A DNA stretch of 64,000 nt from Thermoanaerobaculia bacterium (GCA_963664405.1 OY761158.1:352001-416000); one strand, 5' to 3'. Shown: positions 30,294 to 40,844, numbered from the stretch's first letter. Program-made: numbers and translations. The notes: generated by a model from the sequence alone, not told the origin.

Positions 30294-32030
30294 CTACGGA
30301 GGTGTCCAGTTGCCCGGCGGCCGGAAGTACAGAGTCATTCTCGCGCGGCGCGCGCGGCCGGATGACTGATTGTGAAAGCTGGCGTGGATCAGCGTGACGG
30401 TCGGTGTCCGCTCGATCATCGGGTTGCTCACCCAACGAGCCTCGCCAATGGCGCAAGGCTCGACCCCGAAGCAGTCTCCCCGGCCACCCTCATCCTCCGC
30501 CTCATAGCGAAAGCCGATAAAGCGAGCGCCCTGCGGAAGAACGCCAATGAGGTCCTGACAGGCTCCCTTCTGCTCCGCCAGCTCCGCGACCAGAGTTCTC
30601 CCGCTCTCGCTCAGAAGCGTTGCTGGAAGCGAGTTGCCCCAGGGATCCGCGACGACTCCGCCAAACGCACTTGCGCTCGCCGCGGCTGGACCGAAGACCT
30701 CGTCACGCAAAATCCGAATCCGCTCGTCCCGTAGATCTCCGCACGATTCGGGCGCCGGCGTCACGGAAGCCTCGGCTTCGACAACCAACGCCCACTCGCC
30801 AGGCTTGCACTCGGGACACGCCCCACCGCGAAAGAAAACCGGGTGAGACTGGAGCGACGGCACCGTGGGAGCCGGCGCCCGAGGAAGAGGAGTGGTGGGC
30901 GACGCGGGCGGGTCTTCTCGTACCACTTCCGCTGGGCGTGGAACACCCCTCACATCAAGCGGGCTCGCGTCGGCCAGCCGCACCGGCGGAGCAGCGGGAG
31001 GGACCACGGGTGGCACCGGCGGAAGAGGCTCGACGTTGACGGCCGGAAAGACCGGCGGTGCCTTGGGGACAGGAGGCGGCGCCGGCTCAGCCGGCGGCGC
31101 GGCCTCAGCGGGCGGTGGAACGGAGCGCGGCGGGGGAGGTGGAGGTGGAGGTGAGGGCGGCGGTGGCTCAGCGACAGACTGCGTCGGCGGGACCTCCACC
31201 TCAGCAGCCGGCGACGAAAGAGCGGTGACCGCAGGCGGAGACTGTGCCTCCCTCTCGGCGACTTCCTCTACCGGCACCGGCGGCGGAGCCTCAGGAGCCG
31301 GAGGTGCCACGGGCTCGGCAGCCAGAGTCGCTGGTGCAGAAGGAGGTGCTGCCACCGGTGCCGAAGGCGGTACGGGAGCCGGGGAGGGCGCGGGAGCTGG
31401 AGGAGGAGGAGCTGGAGGAGGAGGAGGAGGAATGGCCCCAGGAGGCGGTTCGGCCTCGGCTACCTGAGGGGGCGTGAGCACCGCGACGTCGACGCCTCGA
31501 GTGGGCTTCCTATGCCGCCGCTGCTCAGCCCTCTTGACCGCCTTCTCGTCCTGCTTCGCCAGCTTCCGAGACTGGGCCCGACGTTTCTTCTCTTCCTTGC
31601 GCTCGGACTTAGTGCCGGCGACCAGAACCACATCTCCACTACCGGGGTGAAAGAAACGAACTTCGAGAGGCTCCCAAAAGGTCCCAGTCCTCTGGCGGGA
31701 GCTGAAGCCGATCACCGGGGGCGCACTCACGCTCAGCTTCAAGTAGCTGTTGAAGATCATGTACCCTGCAGCCCTCACCTCGACCTGCCATTCGCCCTCG
31801 GCTAGATGGAGAACCTCCACCTGGCCACCCTCGTCGGTAAAAACGAAGGGCGGCGACGAATCCGCGGAGCCGGTCTCGCGGATCAGGACTACGGCAGCTC
31901 CTGGAATCGACCGACCAAGCTCGTCGCGCACTTCGATACCGACCGACGCTTCGCCGATCCAGTCCTGGGCGCTCAGGGGTGCGCAGAGCAGCAGCGAGGA
32001 GACCAAGACGAACGCAGACTTCGGGAGCAT
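30294..32030 (-). CDS. Secreted proline-rich protein with an N-terminal carboxypeptidase-regulatory-like domain
   Basis: Signal peptide, IPGAAV...TDEGG...AAGY, long Pro/Ala linker, Cys-containing C-domain (CPEC). Confidence 0.7.
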   Translation of the reverse strand: MLPKSAFVLVSSLLLCAPLSAQDWIGEASVGIEVRDELGRSIPGAAVVLIRETGSADSSPPFVFTDEGGQVEVLHLAEGEWQVEVRAAGYMIFNSYLKLSVSAPPVIGFSSRQRTGTFWEPLEVRFFHPGSGDVVLVAGTKSERKEEKKRRAQSRKLAKQDEKAVKRAEQRRHRKPTRGVDVAVLTPPQVAEAEPPPGAIPPPPPPAPPPPAPAPSPAPVPPSAPVAAPPSAPATLAAEPVAPPAPEAPPPVPVEEVAEREAQSPPAVTALSSPAAEVEVPPTQSVAEPPPPSPPPPPPPPRSVPPPAEAAPPAEPAPPPVPKAPPVFPAVNVEPLPPVPPVVPPAAPPVRLADASPLDVRGVPRPAEVVREDPPASPTTPLPRAPAPTVPSLQSHPVFFRGGACPECKPGEWALVVEAEASVTPAPESCGDLRDERIRILRDEVFGPAAASASAFGGVVADPWGNSLPATLLSESGRTLVAELAEQKGACQDLIGVLPQGARFIGFRYEAEDEGGRGDCFGVEPCAIGEARWVSNPMIERTPTVTLIHASFHNQSSGRARRARMTLYFRPPGNWTPP

Positions 32031-32235
32031 CTGGGCAGTTTAACAGTCTCTACCGAGCCTGTCGGGAAGCCTCTTCGTAGCCGTCGAAGACCGATGCCAC
32101 GAAGCCGAGTGCGCGCTCGTTTTCCGCCGCCGCAGTGGAAAAGTCTGTTGAAATGTGCCCCTCGACAAGCTCGAACTTCAACGCCCCTCGCGACGATATG
32201 CACTCTGCACAATTCCTTGAGCGGAGTGTCTACTT

Positions 32236-33585
32236 TCAAGGTGTCGACGAGGCCATGCGCCGAAAATAGTCTCGTGTTCCAGCCATCACTCGAGGCGCCA
32301 AGAAGAGCGCCGCGATCATGTTCGGGAGCGCCATCAGCGCGAAGGCGATATCGACGAGATTGACTGCCGCCTCGGCGCTGAACAGCGCCCCCAGAAAGAG
32401 ACCGCCGAGAAAGATGATGTCGTAGCGGCGTGCGTTCTCAGCACCGAAGAGGTAGCTGAAGCATTTGCGTCCGTAATAGGAATAGCCGACCATCGTCGAC
32501 GCGCCGAAGAAGATCACCGCCGCAATCAGCAACAGACGACCGCCCCCCCCGAGCGCGGCCTCGAAAGCCTGCCCGGTCAAGGAGACGCCGCGCACCTCCT
32601 GCGTTGTCCACAAGCCGCTCGAAAGGATGACGAAGGCCGTCAGCGAGCAGATCACGATGGTGTCGACGAACGGCCCGAGCATCGCGATCAGCCCCTCGCG
32701 CACCGGCTCCGAGGTCCTGGCTGCGCCGTGTGCCATAGGCGCGGTACCGATACCCGCCTCGTTCGAGAACGCCGCTCTTCTCACCCCAATCCGCATCACC
32801 GTCGCCACCGTGATGCCGGCGGCGCCTCCGGTTGCCGCGGTACCGTTCCAGGCATCGTGAAAGATCTGATGGAGCACGCCGGGCAAGAGCTCGACATTGA
32901 GCGCCAAGACCCACAGCGAACCGAGCAGATAGATGCCACACATCAACGGTACGAGCCGGCTGGTAACTCGGCCGATACGCTCGATGCCTCCCCAGGCCAC
33001 CGCCATCACGAAGGAGACGCCGAGAGCTCCGGTCAACCAGCGCGGGATGCTGTAGGCCTGGTCGAGAATCTCCGCCATCTGATTGCTCTGGAACATGGGC
33101 AGGCAGCCGACCAGACCACAGGAGGCAAAGATGACAGCAAGGATTCGGAAACGCTTTCCCATCCCCTCCTCTATGTAGTACATCGGTCCGCCCTGAAGCT
33201 GCCCCAGGCTGTCGCGCCCCCGATACATAACCGCAAGGGTGCAGGTGAAAAACTTGGTCGCCATACCCACCAATGCCGCCACCCACATCCAGAACACGGC
33301 CCCCGGGCCACCCTGGGTAATGGCCACCGCCACACCGCCGATGTTGCCTAGGCCAATCGTCGAGGCAAGCGCGGTAGAGAGCGCCTGAAGGTGGGAGATC
33401 TGCCCTGGGTCGTTCTCGTCATCGAACTCACCGCGCAGGATCCTGATGGCGTGGCCCGCCTTCAGTAGGGGTAGAAAGCGAGCGTACAGGCTAAGAGCGA
33501 GCCCACCCCCGACTACCAGGACGACGAGCGGCGGTCCCCATGCCAGGTCGACCGCAGTCGCCAGAAAGTGATTGATGCGGTCCAA
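32236..33585 (-). CDS. Alanine/glycine:cation symporter (AGCS family)
   Basis: GLGNIGGVA..GGPGAVFWMW, GGPMYYI, FSNEAGIG; TTG start at 33585 with RBS gaggggag. Confidence 0.92.
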   Translation of the reverse strand: MDRINHFLATAVDLAWGPPLVVLVVGGGLALSLYARFLPLLKAGHAIRILRGEFDDENDPGQISHLQALSTALASTIGLGNIGGVAVAITQGGPGAVFWMWVAALVGMATKFFTCTLAVMYRGRDSLGQLQGGPMYYIEEGMGKRFRILAVIFASCGLVGCLPMFQSNQMAEILDQAYSIPRWLTGALGVSFVMAVAWGGIERIGRVTSRLVPLMCGIYLLGSLWVLALNVELLPGVLHQIFHDAWNGTAATGGAAGITVATVMRIGVRRAAFSNEAGIGTAPMAHGAARTSEPVREGLIAMLGPFVDTIVICSLTAFVILSSGLWTTQEVRGVSLTGQAFEAALGGGGRLLLIAAVIFFGASTMVGYSYYGRKCFSYLFGAENARRYDIIFLGGLFLGALFSAEAAVNLVDIAFALMALPNMIAALFLAPRVMAGTRDYFRRMASSTP

Positions 33586-33643
33586 GCTCTCCCCTCTCGA
33601 ACTGGGCGCGAGCCCTGCGCGCGAAGTCCCGATTCGTCTCTGA

Positions 33644-34630
33644 TCAGGTCGCGATAACGGACAGCACGGACGGCATGCCTGACGCGACAAGACTCCATTC
33701 AGCGTCGTTGCTCACACGCCACAGCTCTCCGCTATCGGTTCCGATCATCACGCCGCCTGGGACGGCCGGATCCGGCGCCAGACCATGAATGTTCTCGCGC
33801 GCAGGCGAGTGCGCCTCGTCACACAGCGAGCGCCAGGACCTGCCGCCGTCCTCCGAGCGGAAGAGCATCGCCTGCGCTCCCCCATCGTCTCTGTAACTCG
33901 AGAACGCCGTCGGCGCGCTGGCCACGCTGAGCCCATAGGGCGGACGGGGATCAATGCACATGGGACGCGAATAGCGCGGCGTAATTCCGTGCCAGGCGTA
34001 CTGCCACGTAGCTCCGCCGTCTTCGGAACGAAAGACGCCAGCATTTCCTTCCACCATCTCCGCGACACCATCGAGGCGGCCGTAACCGGCGGAGGCGAAC
34101 AGCACTTCCGGTCGGTCTGGCTGTGCACACATCATGTGCAGATCAGGGTTGTCGCGCGGCAGAGTGAACTCCCAACGATCGCCACCGTCGGCGGTGTGCA
34201 TGATGCCGCCGACCTCAACTCCGACCCACAACCTCCTCGGATCCTCTCTGTCGACTACCAGTGCGCGAGCGCGGCCGGGCAGCGGCGGCCGAACCGGCAC
34301 ACACCACTCCTTGGCCCGCGGATGCCGAGCGAAGGAGTCGATTTCGGCCCAGGTGCTACCGCCATCGCCGCTGCGAAAGAGTCCGGCGGGCTGGGTCACC
34401 GCGTAAACGACTCCGTTTCCGGCGCCGCGAGTCTGCCAGACCTCGCGGTCCTCCATCCCGGCCAGAGACCAGGTCTCACCGGCATCATCGGAGAGAAACA
34501 GCCCGGCACCTGTGCCCGCGAACAGTCTGTCTCCGTCACTCGACAGGTCGCGTACGGCGCCGCTCTCGAGCACTTGGCGCGCCTCACCGCGGTGGATCGA
34601 GTAGATACCCCTGGTGGTTCCTGCCAACAC
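33644..34630 (-). CDS. BNR/Asp-box repeat beta-propeller protein
   Basis: Repeated SxDxGxTW boxes (SDDAGETW, SGDGGSTW, SEDGGATW, SEDGGRSW). Confidence 0.8.
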   Translation of the reverse strand: MLAGTTRGIYSIHRGEARQVLESGAVRDLSSDGDRLFAGTGAGLFLSDDAGETWSLAGMEDREVWQTRGAGNGVVYAVTQPAGLFRSGDGGSTWAEIDSFARHPRAKEWCVPVRPPLPGRARALVVDREDPRRLWVGVEVGGIMHTADGGDRWEFTLPRDNPDLHMMCAQPDRPEVLFASAGYGRLDGVAEMVEGNAGVFRSEDGGATWQYAWHGITPRYSRPMCIDPRPPYGLSVASAPTAFSSYRDDGGAQAMLFRSEDGGRSWRSLCDEAHSPARENIHGLAPDPAVPGGVMIGTDSGELWRVSNDAEWSLVASGMPSVLSVIAT

Positions 34631-34954
34631 TTCGATTGCTCCGAGGCTTCGCTGAGGTGCCGACGTGGATCATAGCGCGATGCCTCGCAGTCAGTTTGAT
34701 GCAGGAGATCTCAATCACGAAGGTCGGGCACTCGGCTCCAGCGATTGGTGAAGTACACGGTGAGCTCCTCACCCGGCCATGCCAGCTCGAGGGTTTCCTC
34801 GAACGGGAATGGATCGGACATCTCGACCGTGAGTCGAGAGCGCATGCCAGTACCCGGCAGGTCCATCCACGCCCATCCAACGAGTGCGCTAAGATCGCCC
34901 ACCGTGTCATTCACGACCTGCTCCTCTGGCGCTAGTGCGGCTTCTCGGCTCATC

Positions 34955-35971
34955 GTGAGCTTCAGATCGCTCGCCGCCTGCGCGCTTCTCGTCTTCGCCT
35001 CTGCCCTCCCTACGATCGCCGCATCTCCGCGGACGATTCGCTTCACCTACGAAGTCGAGATCGGGCCCCTGACCGGCGGCTCGGAGCCCGCGCACATCTT
35101 CGTGCCGCTGGCCCAGAGCGACGAGCACCAGCGCGTGCTTTCGCGCGAGATCACCGCCAGCATCCTGGGCGTACTGGGCCACGAGGCGCAGCACGGCAAC
35201 GTCTTCTGGCACGGCCAGCTCGCGCGGCCGGAGGGCGAGACCGTCCACGTGCGCGTTGACTACGTAGTCGAGCGCCGGCCGTACCGGAAGGACGGCCTCG
35301 CCGGTGAGAGCCGCGGCGACGTGCTCTCTCCGGCCGAGGAGCGGCGAGCTCAGCAGTACCTGGACGGGAGCAGCCTCGTGCCCGTGAACCACCCCATGCT
35401 CGCGCCGGTGCTCGCGGAGATCCGGCTCCAGGCTCCGGTCGACGACAAGGCCCGTACCGCCCGCGCCATTTACGACTGGCTGATCGACAACCTGGAGTAC
35501 AAGAAGGTCGGCAGCGGCTGGGGCAACGGCGATGCCTTCTGGGCCTGCTCGGAACGCTATGGCAACTGCACGGACTTCCACTCGCTCTTCAACGCCCTGG
35601 CCCGCAGTTCTAAGATCCCGGCGCGCTTCGAGATCGGTTTCCCGATCCCGGAGGACCGCGGAAGAAGCAGCATCGGTGGCTACCATTGCTGGGCGCAGTT
35701 CTTCCTCCCAGGCGTCGGATGGGTGCCAGTCGACGCCTCGGAGGCCTTCAGGCGCCCAGAGCGACGCGAGGAGTTCTACGGAGGCCAGGGTGCCGATCGC
35801 ATCCGTTTCACGACGGGCCGCGACCTGGAGCTCGGTCCACAGCACACGAGCGGTCCGCTCAACTACTTCATCTATCCGCACGTCGAGCTGGCTGGCGAGA
35901 CGTGGAAGGGACCGATCGAGAAGAAGTTCACCTTCGAAGATGTCCCGACGGACGAGCTGGCGAAAAAATAG
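34955..35971 (+). CDS. Secreted transglutaminase-like cysteine protein
   Basis: Signal peptide from GTG 34955; triad GNCTDFH / YHCW / VDAS. Confidence 0.82.
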   Translation: MSFRSLAACALLVFASALPTIAASPRTIRFTYEVEIGPLTGGSEPAHIFVPLAQSDEHQRVLSREITASILGVLGHEAQHGNVFWHGQLARPEGETVHVRVDYVVERRPYRKDGLAGESRGDVLSPAEERRAQQYLDGSSLVPVNHPMLAPVLAEIRLQAPVDDKARTARAIYDWLIDNLEYKKVGSGWGNGDAFWACSERYGNCTDFHSLFNALARSSKIPARFEIGFPIPEDRGRSSIGGYHCWAQFFLPGVGWVPVDASEAFRRPERREEFYGGQGADRIRFTTGRDLELGPQHTSGPLNYFIYPHVELAGETWKGPIEKKFTFEDVPTDELAKK

Positions 35972-35982
35972 TTCCAGAGGAG

Positions 35983-37035
35983 ATGGTGCTGAAGCGAAGG
36001 CCAAGCCTCACGAGCCTGGCAAAGACGTGCGGCTGAGCGGCCAAGCTGAGCCCGGTCGGGCTCTCGGAGTTGCTCTCGGCGCTTCCGCGCCCACAGGATC
36101 CCGCTCTCCTCGTGGGCTTCGAGACGAGCGACGACGCGGCGGTGTACCGCCTCGCGGAGAACCAGGCGGTCGTCTCGACGGCCGATATCATCACGCCGCC
36201 GGTGGACGACCCAGACACCTTCGGCCGGATCGCGGCGGCCAACGCGCTCTCGGACGTCTATGCCATGGGCGCCCGGCCGATCATGGCCCTCAGCCTCGTC
36301 GGCTTCCCCTCGAAGAAGCTCGACGGGGCCGTGCTGATCGACATGATCTCGGGCCTCCAGGAGATCGTCGAGGACGCGGGTGCCGTGCTCGCTGGCGGAC
36401 ACACGACCGAGGACGAGGAGCCCAAGCTCGGCCTGTCGGTCACCGGCCTGGTACACCCCGAAGAAGTGTGGCGCAACGTCGGCGCGCGCGCCGGTGACGC
36501 GCTGGTCCTGACCAAGCCGCTCGGCTCGGGCGTGCTGTTCAACGCGAACCTCAAGGGGAAGGTGTCGGCGGCGGCTCTCCAGACCTGCCTCGACGCTCTC
36601 ACGACCCTCAACGCGCGGGCCGCCGACGTCCTTCGCGGCTTCGAGGTGCACGCGGTGACCGATGTCACAGGCTTCGGCCTCGCCGGCCACGTACTCGAGA
36701 TCGCCCAGGGCTCGGGCGTGACTTGCGTGCTTGATCTGGACGCCCTGCCTATCTTCGACGAGGCGCTGGCCTGCTATAAGCAGGGCGTGACGACAGGTGC
36801 CAACGCCGCCAACCGTGAGCTCGTTGCGCCGCAGGCGCGTTTCGCGCGGCAACTGCCGGCCTGGCGCGAGGAGATCGTCTTCGACCCCCAGACCAGCGGT
36901 GGGCTGCTCGCCGCCGTGCCGAGCCATCAGACGAAGCAGCTGCTGGCCGCTCTCGCTGACGCAGGGGTGGAGGATGCCCGAGAGGTCGGGCGCGTAACGC
37001 CCAGCGACGGAATTCTGTCGCTGGTCTTCGAGTGA
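35983..37035 (+). CDS. selD: Selenophosphate synthetase (SenC), predicted selenoprotein with UGA=Sec at 36034-36036
   Basis: ATG 35983 after RBS gaggag; KTCG-UGA-AAKL at the catalytic position; DDAAVY, ANALSDVYAMG, GGHT, TDVTGFGLAGH, DPQTSGGLL. Confidence 0.92.
36048..36063 (+). promoter_or_regulatory. Candidate bacterial SECIS hairpin
   Basis: GAGCCC-GGTC-GGGCTC, separated from the in-frame TGA by 11 nt. Confidence 0.75.
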
Positions 37036-37045
37036 GGTCGCTTCG

Positions 37046-38353
37046 ATGAACGGGCCGGATGCAGCGACTCTCGCCAGCTGGATCGCGGACTCGCGTGAGT
37101 GCACGCTCGCCGTCCTCGACGAGCTCGACGACTCACACTTGGACATCCCTCCGTACCTGCCGACCGTGAACCCCTTCCGATGGGAGCTCTGCCACCTCGC
37201 CTGGTTCCAGGATCACTTCGTGCTCCAGCACGGGCTCGGGCTCGACCCGACCGACCCGGAGGCGGCGCGACTCTTCGACTCGGCAGCGGTGGGCCACGAA
37301 CGGCGCTGGCGACAGGAACCGCTGTCGCGCGCCCGCGTGCGCTCCTACCTCATGGCGGTGCGCGACCGGGTGCTGGACGAGCTCGGACGGCGCGAGCCGA
37401 CGGCCGAGCTCCGCGACCTCGTGCTGCTGGGCGTATTCCACGAGGACATGCACGGCGAAGCGTTCACGTATACGCGCCAGGCGCTCGGCCTGCAGCCACC
37501 GAACTCGGCCGTCCTTCCCTCCGGCGCGGTGTCCGGCGTGGCGGGTCGGGCGCCGGGTGGCGACGTCGAGGTGCCGGGCGGTACCTTCCGCCTGGGAGCG
37601 GAGGACGACGGCCGCTTCGCCTTCGACAACGAGCGCTGCGCGCACACCGTGGAGCTGGCGCCGTTCCGGATCGCGCGCCTGCCGGTCAGCCAGGGCGAAC
37701 TGGAGGCCTTCGTCGGCGAGGGAGGCTACGAGCGACCCGAGGTCTGGAGCCCCGCGGGCTGGCAGTGGCGCCAGGCGGTCTCCGCAGAGCAGCCGCTGTA
37801 CTGGAAGCGCGACGGCGAGGGCGGCTGGCTGCGCCGGCACTTCGGCGATCTGCAGCCGGTCGAGCCTGAGCTACCGGCCGTGCACGTCTCCTGGTACGAG
37901 GCCGATGCCTGGTGCCGCTGGGCGGGGCGGCGACTGCCTTCGGAGGCCGAGTGGGAGGCTGCCGCCGCGGCTGAGATCGCGGGCGGCGGGCTCGCAACGA
38001 GCAAGCGCGCGCACCCGTGGGGCGAGGCCCCACCGGACAGATGGCTCGCCAACCTCGACGCGCGCGTGATGGGGTGCGTTCCTTGCGGCGCCCACGCGGC
38101 CGGCGATACGCCGCTGGGGTGCCGCCAGCTCTACGGCAACGTCTGGGAATGGACCGAATCGACCTTCTCGCCGTACCCGGGCTTTGTGCCCGGCGTCTAT
38201 GCCGACTATTCCGAGCCTTGGTTCGGCGCCCGCAAGGTGCTGCGCGGTGGCTCCTGGGCAACGCGCGCCCGCATGCTTCGGAACACGCTACGTAACTTCT
38301 TCACGCCCGAGCGCCGCGACGTCTACGCGGGCTTCCGAACGTGCGCACGGTAA
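37046..38353 (+). CDS. senA: Selenoneine synthase SenA (EgtB homolog)
   Basis: DinB-like domain WELCHLAWFQ and FHEDMHGEA, FGE-sulfatase domain RLPSEAEWE, GNVWEW, RNFF; lies between selD and senB. Confidence 0.88.
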   Translation: MNGPDAATLASWIADSRECTLAVLDELDDSHLDIPPYLPTVNPFRWELCHLAWFQDHFVLQHGLGLDPTDPEAARLFDSAAVGHERRWRQEPLSRARVRSYLMAVRDRVLDELGRREPTAELRDLVLLGVFHEDMHGEAFTYTRQALGLQPPNSAVLPSGAVSGVAGRAPGGDVEVPGGTFRLGAEDDGRFAFDNERCAHTVELAPFRIARLPVSQGELEAFVGEGGYERPEVWSPAGWQWRQAVSAEQPLYWKRDGEGGWLRRHFGDLQPVEPELPAVHVSWYEADAWCRWAGRRLPSEAEWEAAAAAEIAGGGLATSKRAHPWGEAPPDRWLANLDARVMGCVPCGAHAAGDTPLGCRQLYGNVWEWTESTFSPYPGFVPGVYADYSEPWFGARKVLRGGSWATRARMLRNTLRNFFTPERRDVYAGFRTCAR

Positions 38354-39300
38354 TCGTCACGCCGACGCAGCCGGGCTCGCTGACGGGCAATCGCGTCACG
38401 GCAGAGCGCTGGGCGCAGCGGCTCACCGAGCTCGCCCACGACGTGTGCGTCCTCACCGCGTGGGACGGCGAGTCGGCCGATCTTCTCGTCGCTCTCCACG
38501 CCCGCAGGAGCCACGCCTCGGTCGTCCGTTTCAGCGAACGCTTTCCCGGCGCTCCGCTCGTCGTCGGGCTCACGGGCACCGACATCTACGTCGAGCTTCA
38601 CGACGGCGAAGAGTCGCTCGACTCGCTCTACCGGGCAAGACGTCTGGTGGCATTGCAGCGACTCGCGGTGTATCGGCTGCCGCCAGACCTGCGCGACCGC
38701 GTGCGCGTCATCCACCAGTCTGCGGAGCCTCCGGCCGACCGCCCGCCGCCGGCGACGGACGCCTTCGAGGTGTGCGTCCTCGCTCACCTGCGTGCTGTGA
38801 AGGATCCGCTGCTCGCGGCTCGCGCCGTGCGCCGGCTGCCGGCCGACTCGCGGCTGCGCGTCCGTCACGCGGGCCAGGCGCTGGACGAGGATCTCGCCGA
38901 CGCGGCGAGGCATGAGGAGTGCGCCAACCCGCGCTACCGTTGGCTGGGGCCGCTGCCACGCGCCCAGGCCCGGCGACTGTTGGCCTCCAGCCGGGTGCTC
39001 GTCCTGTGCTCGGCCTCCGAGGGCGGCGCCAACGTCGTCTCCGAGGCGATCGCCTGCGGCGTGCCGGTGCTGTCGACGCGAATCGACGGTTCGGTCGGCC
39101 TATTGGGCGAAGACTACCCGGGATACTTCGGCGTCGGCAACGAGTCCGAGCTGGCGGAGCTGCTGCAGCGCGTCGAGACGGACGCCGGCTTCCTCGGCGA
39201 GCTGCGTCGCCGCTGCGACGCCCTCGCGCCGCTGTTCACGCGAGAGGCCGAGCGCCAGGCCTGGCGCGACCTACTGTTCGAGCTCTCCGCGGCCTCATGA
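38341..39300 (+). CDS. senB: Selenosugar synthase SenB (GT-B glycosyltransferase)
   Basis: VTP...GNRVTAERW, ALHARRS, LTGTDIY, HLRAVKDP, EGGANVVSEA. Confidence 0.9.
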   Translation: MRTVIVTPTQPGSLTGNRVTAERWAQRLTELAHDVCVLTAWDGESADLLVALHARRSHASVVRFSERFPGAPLVVGLTGTDIYVELHDGEESLDSLYRARRLVALQRLAVYRLPPDLRDRVRVIHQSAEPPADRPPPATDAFEVCVLAHLRAVKDPLLAARAVRRLPADSRLRVRHAGQALDEDLADAARHEECANPRYRWLGPLPRAQARRLLASSRVLVLCSASEGGANVVSEAIACGVPVLSTRIDGSVGLLGEDYPGYFGVGNESELAELLQRVETDAGFLGELRRRCDALAPLFTREAERQAWRDLLFELSAAS

Positions 39301-39485
39301 TCTCCCATATCGAGAAGGAGTTCGCGACCACAGGCTTATTTAGCCAACGCCGCCCTCGTGCGGCTCATACGGGATTCGATCATCGTATCCCCCTAGGCGT
39401 TCGGCCGGAGCCCGTCCTGTCCGAAAAGTCCGCCGCGCCGTAAGTACCTGCCAAATCAGTGTTTGATGACAGCTAGAATCTCGGA

Positions 39486-40493
39486 ATGAGAGCCGTCCTG
39501 TACCTCGCTCACCTGCTCCTAATCTCTCTCGCTGCCTGGATCAACCGCCATCAGCAGGAGGTGCTGGAATACCTTGTCGAAGAGAACCGGGTGCTGAAAG
39601 AGCAGCTCAGTGGAAGCCGCCTTCGCCTGAACGACGATCAGCGTCGACGACTCGCCGCAAAGGGAAAGAGAATCGGGCGCCAGGCGCTCAACCAAGTAGC
39701 GACCATCGTCACTCCCGACACCCTCATGCGGTGGCATCGACGATTGATCGCCCTGAAGTGGACGTTTGAGGGCAAGGCGTACGGGGCGCCCAGGCATTCT
39801 CAAAGAGATCAAGCGGCTGATCGTGAAGATGGCGACCGCCAACTCGACTTGGGGCTACAGCCGCATCCAAGGCGAGCTGAAAGGGTTGGGCCACCGCGTG
39901 GCCCGAACCACGATCGCTTCGGTCCTCAAGGAGAACGGGATCGGGCCCGCCCCGGAACGCCCCTCGTCCTGGCGGTCGTTTCTGAGGGCTCACTGGGGAG
40001 ACGCAGCCGCCATCGACTTCTTCACCACAGAAGTCTGGACTCGCTCGGGTCTGGCGACGTACTACGTTCTCTTCGTGATCGATCGGAAGAGCCGGCGAGC
40101 CCATCTGGCGGGCGTGACCAGGCATCCGGAGGAGGGCTTCATGGCTCAGGTGGCCCGCAACCTCGCGGACTGCATGCATGGCTTCCTTCGTCTCCACAAA
40201 GACCTGAGGCTGGTGTCAAAGTTGTCCGGAGGCCCCCACGGGCACCAAACGGCAACGCCTTTGCGGAGCGATTCGTGCTCTCGATCAAGTCCGAGTGTCT
40301 TGATCGCATGATCTTCTTCGGCGAGTCCTCACTGCGTCACGCACTAAAAGAGTATCTGGAGCACTACAACCAGGAGCGCGCTCACCAGGGAATTGGAAAC
40401 GAGGTGATCGAACCCCGTCCACTAGGCCGAGGTGATGTCCGTTGCCGCGAGCGACTGGGCGGGCTGCTCAAGCACTACCAACGGGCCGCCTGA
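39486..40493 (+). pseudogene. Integrase-core (DDE) transposase, frameshifted and internally deleted
   Basis: ENRVLKEQL...TPDTLMRWHRRL, frame change near 39770, WGYSRIQGEL...IDFF, second shift near 40200, NAFAERFVLSIKSECLD, HYNQERAHQG. Confidence 0.85.
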
Positions 40494-40495
40494 CC

Positions 40496-40844
40496 GTGAA
40501 TCTGGTCAACCAGTCGGCGAGCATCCTGAAGCCCAAGCGACCGTTCCTCGAATGGTCGAAGCAAGATGACGCAGAGGGGCTCGCCGAATCGGTCTGCGAG
40601 GCACTTCACGAGGAACCGAACGTCTAGCTCCTGCCTGAATACGAGGACGCCTCTTCTCAGCAGGAGCTATTGAAGGAGTTCTGGCCCGGGTTGTTCGAGG
40701 CCATGCTCGAGGGATGGGTGACGGACGAAGCATGCTGGCCGAGAAAATCGGACCCTCGAGATGTTCCAGGAGTGGTTCGAGATCCAGATGACTTCCGTGG
40801 TTGAGGATCTCGACCTCGACGAGCCACTCCAGCTCCTAGAGTAG
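40496..40844 (+). pseudogene. Conserved acidic hypothetical protein, pseudogene
   Basis: VNQSASILKPKRPFLEW...NV*LLPEYE...FEAMLEGWVTDEACWP then a frameshift to MFQEWFEI; in-frame TAG at 40625-40627. Confidence 0.65.

Noticed and set aside
34711-34912. Short minus-strand ORF ending in TGA as a second selenoprotein
   Set aside because: No redox motif, no clear SECIS, and the read-through sequence is unconvincing; it is possibly a gene fragment.
37046-38353. Annotation as ergothioneine EgtB
   Set aside because: The selD and senB context and the FHEDMHGEA motif favour SenA.
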